NCBI GenBank assembly: GCA_045863855.1
Contig: BTVV01000101.1
Coordinates: forward strand, 1-23,336
Direction: 5' to 3'
Length of the DNA stretch: 23,336 bases
Origin: Planctomycetota bacterium
GTDB lineage: Bacteria > Planctomycetota > SZUA-567 > H5-PLA8
The translations under genes and the position numbers were made by a program. Below, piece after piece: positions 17,890-23,336 of the stretch. The notes under the pieces were generated by a model, which did no database searches, was not told the DNA's origin, and saw only the letters and a program-made list of their open reading frames with translations. Each line of letters opens with the position of its first letter. Position 1 is the first letter of the stretch.

Positions 17890-18087
17890 GCGGGCGGTTC
17901 CTCGGACAGGAGCATGCGCATGATAGTGAATGCGGGCAGCCTCGGCAAACGGGCTTTTGCGCGGGATTGCACACATGTAAAGCGGCCCAAGCATGCGATT
18001 CCGGTCACGCCGCTGCGAACGCTTCCGTCAAAGCAGCAAAGAGCGCGAACGTGACGGCGCTCTTGCGAAAATTAAAGGAGAAATTCG

Positions 18088-18480
18088 ATGAATAAACAGG
18101 AGCCGCGCTTCTGGAAGATGGTCGCCCTGGCCTCCCTGATGCTGGCCGGATGGGCCGTCATGCGCACCGCGGGAACCCCCGCCCACGCCGACAACGGCGG
18201 CGCCACCACCGCCGGCCTCATCGCGCTCGTCGGCAACAACCCGGCCAACGAACACGTCTTTCTGATCGACACCAACAACAGCACCATCTCGATGTACGAA
18301 TCGAAGAACAACACCGGCCTCAACCTGGTCGCCGGACGCGCCTACGATCAAGACGCCATGCTGATCCGGCAAACCGCCGGACGCGAACTACCCTACCGCA
18401 GCGACAACAAAGGCTACACCCCCGTCGAAGTGGCCAAAATGCTGAACGAGATCGCTGCGCAACCGAAGAAGAACAAGTGA
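18088..18480 (+). CDS. Small secreted hypothetical protein
   Basis: Strong SD AAAGGAG; signal peptide ending AHA|D; strongly C/G-ending codon usage. Confidence 0.85.
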   Translation: MNKQEPRFWKMVALASLMLAGWAVMRTAGTPAHADNGGATTAGLIALVGNNPANEHVFLIDTNNSTISMYESKNNTGLNLVAGRAYDQDAMLIRQTAGRELPYRSDNKGYTPVEVAKMLNEIAAQPKKNK

Positions 18481-18601
18481 AAGGCAGGCGCGGAAAGCAG
18501 ATGCGTGACACGTGAAAGCGGCCCATTGAAGCCACTCGATGTCACGGATTACCCATCTCGATTTCGAGCCTGCCCTCCGCACTTCGCCAGGCCACTTCCT
18601 C

Positions 18602-19534
18602 TTAATGCATTTCCGTCTCGCAGGTCCCAATACCTTTACGCAGATAATGGAAATGCACGTTCGGGTGGTCGGCCAGCAGCGACATGGGGCAACTGCTGTC
18701 GGGCAGGCGTTTGGAAATCATGAACGCGCTGAGCCGCTGCCCGAATGGGTTGTCGTGGTTCCCGGCGTGCCAGATGCTGACGCGTTCGGCCTTCCACGTT
18801 TCGACCGGGCCCACCGTTGCCGCTTGCTTGGGCACCAGCGCCACCTGACCGCCGCCGCTGGTCCGAGCATTCTGAATAATCGTCATCGGATGCAGATCGA
18901 CGACGCGCGTCTTGAGCTTCCGGTACTCGGTCGGCGCGGGCGGTTGATCTTTGTACTTCCCGGTCCGCGGCAGCGGGTCGTTGAAGGCCCAATGCTTCAC
19001 CTCGCCCTGCCCGCCTTGCATCACCACGCAGCGCACCTGGTCGTACGTGCGGCTGTACGCATTCAGATCGCCGGTCGGGAAGTGCAGGTGGCTGTCCGGC
19101 ATGCGCAGCTTCTTTTCGATCTTGTTGAAGCACAATTCCTTATCGGCTTTGGCGAACGAGAGCGGATGGTCCATTGGCACGGGTTTGCCTTTCGCGTCCA
19201 CCCACTCGTCCATGCCCCAGAAATGAGCGTCGTGGAGCTTCACGCCCAGCGCGTTGACGATTCGCGCGACCAGCGGGAGCTGTTCGGTCGGACCGATCGG
19301 CCCGCAGATCCCCGCCGGGTTATCCGGCGTCGATTGCTTCCACGCGTCGATGTATTCCAGCGCTTCCGCGAGATAAAAATCCTCGATCGTGTCGTAGAAA
19401 TGAACCTGAAAGCCCGGGCGCGAGAGCTGCCCCAGATCCTTGGGCGTCAGCTTTGCCACGTCGGAGAGCAGCTTCGGATCCAGCGTCGTGTAATCCCACC
19501 AACCCGGAGCTACCTTGCTTACCGCCCGCGCCAT
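18602..19534 (-). CDS. Glucosamine-6-phosphate isomerase/deaminase (NagB-like) family protein
   Basis: 'GPIGPTEQ', 'FWGMDEW', 'HPLSF', '[14 protein letters not shown]' are NagB-fold motifs. The N-terminal '[12 protein letters not shown]' is typical of the PVC-type subgroup. SD AAGGAG. Confidence 0.85.
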   Translation of the reverse strand: MARAVSKVAPGWWDYTTLDPKLLSDVAKLTPKDLGQLSRPGFQVHFYDTIEDFYLAEALEYIDAWKQSTPDNPAGICGPIGPTEQLPLVARIVNALGVKLHDAHFWGMDEWVDAKGKPVPMDHPLSFAKADKELCFNKIEKKLRMPDSHLHFPTGDLNAYSRTYDQVRCVVMQGGQGEVKHWAFNDPLPRTGKYKDQPPAPTEYRKLKTRVVDLHPMTIIQNARTSGGGQVALVPKQAATVGPVETWKAERVSIWHAGNHDNPFGQRLSAFMISKRLPDSSCPMSLLADHPNVHFHYLRKGIGTCETEMH

Positions 19535-19552
19535 GCCCGTCTCCTTGAAGAG

Positions 19553-19574
19553 GTATCGCGGGCGTCTCGCCCGC
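19553..19574 (+). repeat. REP-like palindrome
   Basis: GTATC followed by GCGGGCG-TCT-CGCCCGC (7-bp perfect stem) in an intergenic gap. It resembles GTAG-type REP elements; only one copy is in the window. Confidence 0.5.
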
Positions 19575-19654
19575 AGGTGTGCCGTACCGTCGTTGCCGTT
19601 CTCCGTGTTTCGCTCTGGTCGGCTCTGCGTGCTCCGCGGTGAAAGGCCCTTCCC

Positions 19655-20467
19655 CTAACCAAGCCCCGCCTCGTACTCCGGATCGACCCAGCACGCCGCG
19701 CCGAGCCAATCGGCCAGCGGATCCCAGCCTTCCGGACCGAAGCCCAGGTGGCTGTGCCTCCGCCACGCTTCGGCGTACTTGAAGCGCCCGGACTGTTTGC
19801 CCATCTCGGCGCTCATTTCCTCCATCACCGCCAGGTACGCGTCCATCCCTTGGCTCACGTCGAGCCATTCCTTCTGAGTGCGGTGGCAGGCCAGCATCGC
19901 GCGCTTCTGGGCCAGCACCGGGCCGATATCCACGAACTGCCCGCTGCGAATCGAACGGCGCAGCCCGTCGCGCAGCCCGTGCGGGAGCGCGTGGTACAGC
20001 GCGATCGGTTGCTCGGTGGGCGCCTGCGGCGGTACCGTGGCGAAATTCTTCATCCCGCGCGAGAACGCGGCCGTCACCGTCAGCCGGCACACGTTCTGGT
20101 GGTCTTCCATGTAGTCCTGCGGGCTGTGCGTGAGCACGATATCCGGGCGCACTTCGCGGATCACCGCGGCCGCGCGTGCGAGCAGTTCCGGCGTGTAGTA
20201 GACCGCCAGATCGTCGCAAAGCGCGTCGTGATAGCCTGCGCCGATCAGGTTCGCTGCGTCCAGCGCCTCCTGACGCCGCAGCCGGATAATTTCTTCTTTC
20301 GAGTACGTCGCCGTGCCGCAGCAACCGTTGGCCAGGTTCCACAGATGCACCTGGCAGCCTACTTCCTGCAGACGCAGGAGCGTCCCGGCCATCATGAATT
20401 CGATATCATCCGGATGCGCGACGGCGGCGAGCACCACGCGGGGCTTGTTAGGGACGGCGCTTACCAT
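19655..20467 (-). CDS. PIG-L/LmbE family N-acetylhexosamine deacetylase
   Basis: 'AHPDDIE', 'R.QEA', 'IREVRPDIVLTHSPQDYMEDH' zinc motifs and a C-terminal 'YAEAW'. SD GAGGA. Confidence 0.92.
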   Translation of the reverse strand: MVSAVPNKPRVVLAAVAHPDDIEFMMAGTLLRLQEVGCQVHLWNLANGCCGTATYSKEEIIRLRRQEALDAANLIGAGYHDALCDDLAVYYTPELLARAAAVIREVRPDIVLTHSPQDYMEDHQNVCRLTVTAAFSRGMKNFATVPPQAPTEQPIALYHALPHGLRDGLRRSIRSGQFVDIGPVLAQKRAMLACHRTQKEWLDVSQGMDAYLAVMEEMSAEMGKQSGRFKYAEAWRRHSHLGFGPEGWDPLADWLGAACWVDPEYEAGLG

Positions 20468-20643
20468 GGCGATCCTCGAGCCGCGATGCGTTTATACGGG
20501 AATGGTTCCAGTAATTTCCTGATCTACTTCCACGCGCCGCCGATGCAAGAAGCTTTGGACGATTGGCGCCGCGGCTCCGTATCCATGGGATGAATTTCGG
20601 CCCGCTTTTGAGTAACCTTGGGGGAAGGGGAGGGACGCGGCGC

Positions 20644-23163
20644 GTGCCGATTTCGGCGAACTTTTCCGAAGGATCGGTGCATCCGCCCGGTTCGCCGCTG
20701 GATGCCAGCGGCGGTCGACGTCGCCGTCCCTTGCTTTTCCTGGCGCTGGCCTTCGGCGCGGGCATCGTCCTCGACGCTGCTCTGCAGCCGGCGTTCTCCG
20801 CATTAGGTGGATGGTCGCTGGCCGCTGGTATCGCTTGCGCCGCGCTCCTCGCGCTGGGCCCGCGCCGCGGCATTTCTCTATTCTGCGCCGGTCTGCTGGC
20901 CGCCTGTGCCGCTGGCGCCATGCGCCACGGGCTGGCCGTGAGGATTCCGCCCGCCGCCGATATCTCGCGCCGCACGCCTGAAACCGCGTCCCTCGCCTGG
21001 CTTCAAGGCACCCTCGTCGAATGCGCGCCGCTTAGCGGCGGGCGGCCCGGCATGCGCGCGGTGCTGGAACTCGAAGCCTTGGGGCCGTCGCCCGAAACCC
21101 TGAGTCTCGCCTGCGGACGCGTGCAGCTTGCCTGGAGCACGCCCGAAGATCCCGCGCTGGCCGCGCGCAGCGCCGGATGGGGCGAAGGAGATGTCGTTCG
21201 CGTCCTCGCCAGCCTGGAAGCGCCCCACGGCGGATCGCTACCGGCCGGCTTCGATCCCGCACGCGATCTGGGCTTGCAAGGCATCGCCCGTGTTGGCACG
21301 CCGGCCCTGGAAAAACTCCAAGTCGTAGGCGCGGCTTCTTGGTGGCGCCTGGACCTGCGGCTGCGGCGCTGGGGTGGAGCGCTGGCCGCGCGCAACGTCG
21401 ATCAACTCGGCGCCGAACGCGCGGGGTTGCTCAACGCGCTCGTCTTGGGCCGCCGCGAAGGATTGGCCTTCGAAGACCGCGAAGCCTTCCAGCGCTCCGG
21501 CGCCGCGCATCTGCTCGCCATCAGCGGCTTGCATGTCCAATTCCTTGCGGTGCTGTTGATGATGCTCCTGCCGCGCTTGGGCGTGAGCCGCCGCCACGCG
21601 CTGGCCGCCGCGATCGCTTGCGCCTTCCTGTATGTCGCGTTGACCGGCGGGCGCGCCAGCGCTGTGCGCGCCGCCGTGATGATCGGCTTGTACGGCGGCG
21701 CCTGGCTCAGCCGGCGCGCCGCCGATCCGCTCTCGATCCTCGCCGCCGCCGCGCTGGTCATCCTGGCCGCCGATCCGGCACAGCTCTTCGCGCCCGGCTT
21801 TCAGCTCTCGTTTCTCGCCGTCCTGGGCATCGTGACCATGAATCCCACCTTCGAAGCCGCGTGGCGTGCCGGTTGGCGCCGGTCAGCAGAACCTCAAACG
21901 TGGACGCCAGAGCCCGAATCCGGCGCCTTCGATACCGTGCTGCTAAGGCTGCGCCAGGGGCTTTTCGTATCGCTGGCCGCATGGACGACCACCGCCCCGG
22001 CCGTTGCCTGGCACCTGGGGGCATTCAATGCGCTCTCGCTGTTCACCAACGTCGTAGCGGTACCGTTGACGGGCGCGGCGTTTATCGGCGGCGCGCTCGC
22101 CACGCTGCTCGGCGGGTTCGGCGCATGGCTTACAACGCTTCCGCTCACCGTGTTGCTGGGCTTCAACCGGCTGGTCGGGGAACTGCCCTTCGCGAGCTAT
22201 TACGTCCCGCCACCGGCCGCGGGCGTTTGTCTGGCCTGTGCGGCGCTGCTGGCGGCGCTCTGGCTCGAACGCGGCCGCCGTGCGACGCTCCCGGCGCTGG
22301 GTGTGCTGATTCCGGTTATGCTCTTTGCCGTTGCCTTTGCCGGCGCGTTCTTCGACCGCCCCGAACGCCCGCGCTTGACAGTCCTCGATCTGCCCCTCGG
22401 ACGAGCGGCGTGGCTGGAGACGCCCGGCGGCGAAGCCGCGCTGCTCGATGCCGGCGGACCCGGCGACGGGCGGCGCATCGCCGAAGCCTTGCGCCGCCAA
22501 GGCGTGCGCGCCTTGGCGCTTCTGGTGGTGAGCTCGGACGAGCCCGACGCGCTGGGCGGCGCCGCGGAGGTGCTCGCACGCATGGCCGTGCGCCGCGTCG
22601 TACTGCCGCGTTCGGCCTCGCCCAGCCTGGATCTGCGCGCCCTCGAAATCGAACTCGCGCGCAGAGGCATTCCGTACGGACCGCCCGATTTCGAAACCGA
22701 CCTGCGCGGCCCCGGCGACGTCGAATGGCGCTTCATCACCGACGCCCCCGACGCAGGCCTGCCCAAAACCGGCAGCGAAAGTTTGGCCGTGCATCTGACG
22801 CTCGCCGGCGCGCCGGTCCTGGTCGCGTCCATGCACAGCGAAGCGGCGTTGCAGCGCCTCCTGGCCCGCGCGCCCGAACGCCTGCGCGCCGAGGTCGTCG
22901 TGCTGAGTCCCGCTCCAGGCGGGCGCTGGCCCGCCAGCACCGCCGCGCTGCTTGATCGCACCGGCGCCCGCGTCGTCGTGGCTGCGCGGGGCAACTGGAG
23001 CGACGCGGACGGCGCCGGTCTGGACCTCGATGCCCTCGCCATGCAGCGCGGTCTGCGGCTGCTGCGCACCTCTCGCGAAGGCACCTTACGCTTAGGCAGC
23101 GAAAGCCTCGCCGGTTGGCAAGCCTATCGAGATGGGAAATGGGAGACCGTTGCGTTTCCGTAA
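20644..23163 (+). CDS. comEC: ComEC/Rec2 family competence (DNA uptake) membrane protein with degenerate metallo-beta-lactamase domain
   Basis: N-terminal TM plus OB-like (DUF4131-type) region with 'P.GFD'; competence domain 'G.AHLLAISGLHV', 'SAVRAAVM', 'GFQLSF', 'N.VAVP'; C-terminal MBL-like fold 'ALLDAG'. The start is uncertain (GTG 20644 or 20677). Confidence 0.92.
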   Translation: MPISANFSEGSVHPPGSPLDASGGRRRRPLLFLALAFGAGIVLDAALQPAFSALGGWSLAAGIACAALLALGPRRGISLFCAGLLAACAAGAMRHGLAVRIPPAADISRRTPETASLAWLQGTLVECAPLSGGRPGMRAVLELEALGPSPETLSLACGRVQLAWSTPEDPALAARSAGWGEGDVVRVLASLEAPHGGSLPAGFDPARDLGLQGIARVGTPALEKLQVVGAASWWRLDLRLRRWGGALAARNVDQLGAERAGLLNALVLGRREGLAFEDREAFQRSGAAHLLAISGLHVQFLAVLLMMLLPRLGVSRRHALAAAIACAFLYVALTGGRASAVRAAVMIGLYGGAWLSRRAADPLSILAAAALVILAADPAQLFAPGFQLSFLAVLGIVTMNPTFEAAWRAGWRRSAEPQTWTPEPESGAFDTVLLRLRQGLFVSLAAWTTTAPAVAWHLGAFNALSLFTNVVAVPLTGAAFIGGALATLLGGFGAWLTTLPLTVLLGFNRLVGELPFASYYVPPPAAGVCLACAALLAALWLERGRRATLPALGVLIPVMLFAVAFAGAFFDRPERPRLTVLDLPLGRAAWLETPGGEAALLDAGGPGDGRRIAEALRRQGVRALALLVVSSDEPDALGGAAEVLARMAVRRVVLPRSASPSLDLRALEIELARRGIPYGPPDFETDLRGPGDVEWRFITDAPDAGLPKTGSESLAVHLTLAGAPVLVASMHSEAALQRLLARAPERLRAEVVVLSPAPGGRWPASTAALLDRTGARVVVAARGNWSDADGAGLDLDALAMQRGLRLLRTSREGTLRLGSESLAGWQAYRDGKWETVAFP

Positions 23164-23336
23164 TACCGAGGCTGGATGTCATGGGTGATGAATTAAAGAT
23201 ACAAATTCAAAGCTAAAAACGAACGAATCGAGCTCAAGTTTATTCTTGAAAGTTCGGCCGTATCGAACGTTTTTCGGTCAACAGCCTGAAAGAATTCCAC
23301 ATCTTGAGGTGTGCCTGACCCTTGATGAGCCTTAAC

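Noticed and set aside
18500..18550. CGTGACA/TGTCACG inverted repeat between convergent genes
   Set aside because: It is a 7-bp stem with a large loop and no U-tract, which is insufficient to call a terminator or RNA element.
21177..22955. 592-aa alternative-frame ORF within comEC, and similar Arg/Ala/Pro-rich overlapping ORFs throughout the track
   Set aside because: The composition is typical of off-frame translation of GC-rich genes, with no domains or RBS.
1..23336. CRISPR arrays, tRNA/rRNA genes, IS elements, prophage genes
   Set aside because: No regularly spaced repeats, cloverleaf or rRNA signatures, or transposase, integrase or phage structural motifs were seen on reading.

Overview
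GC-rich bacterial chromosomal window. The gene repertoire (PQQ-like beta-propeller, DUF4091-like protein, PVC-type NagB-like isomerase, many secreted hypotheticals) suggests a Planctomycetota/PVC organism; this is inference. It holds about 20 genes. Left to right: a partial DUF4091-like gene with a terminator; a parvulin PPIase, dimeric dUTPase and PQQ-propeller run; an M14 peptidase, ArsC and a thermonuclease; a six-gene minus-strand carbohydrate cluster (GT2 synthase-like, PA14/SGNH-like protein split by an in-frame TAG, sugar-phosphate isomerase/epimerase, lipoprotein, Gfo/Idh/MocA oxidoreductase, SGNH lipoprotein); a divergent c-di-AMP (ydaO/yuaA) riboswitch leading a KtrB/TrkH K+ channel gene and a shattered HAMP-PAS sensor pseudogene; a divergent double-hotdog MaoC-like protein; a small secreted protein; a PIG-L deacetylase plus NagB-like pair; and a ComEC whose metallo-beta-lactamase domain has lost its metal ligands. 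The most notable points are the GT2 cluster with two translation anomalies (probable ATC start and a Trp-to-amber codon), the c-di-AMP riboswitch with a hairpin covering the start codon, and the decayed sensor kinase. No tRNA, rRNA, CRISPR array or transposase was seen. All family calls are from motif recognition by eye, with no database searches.
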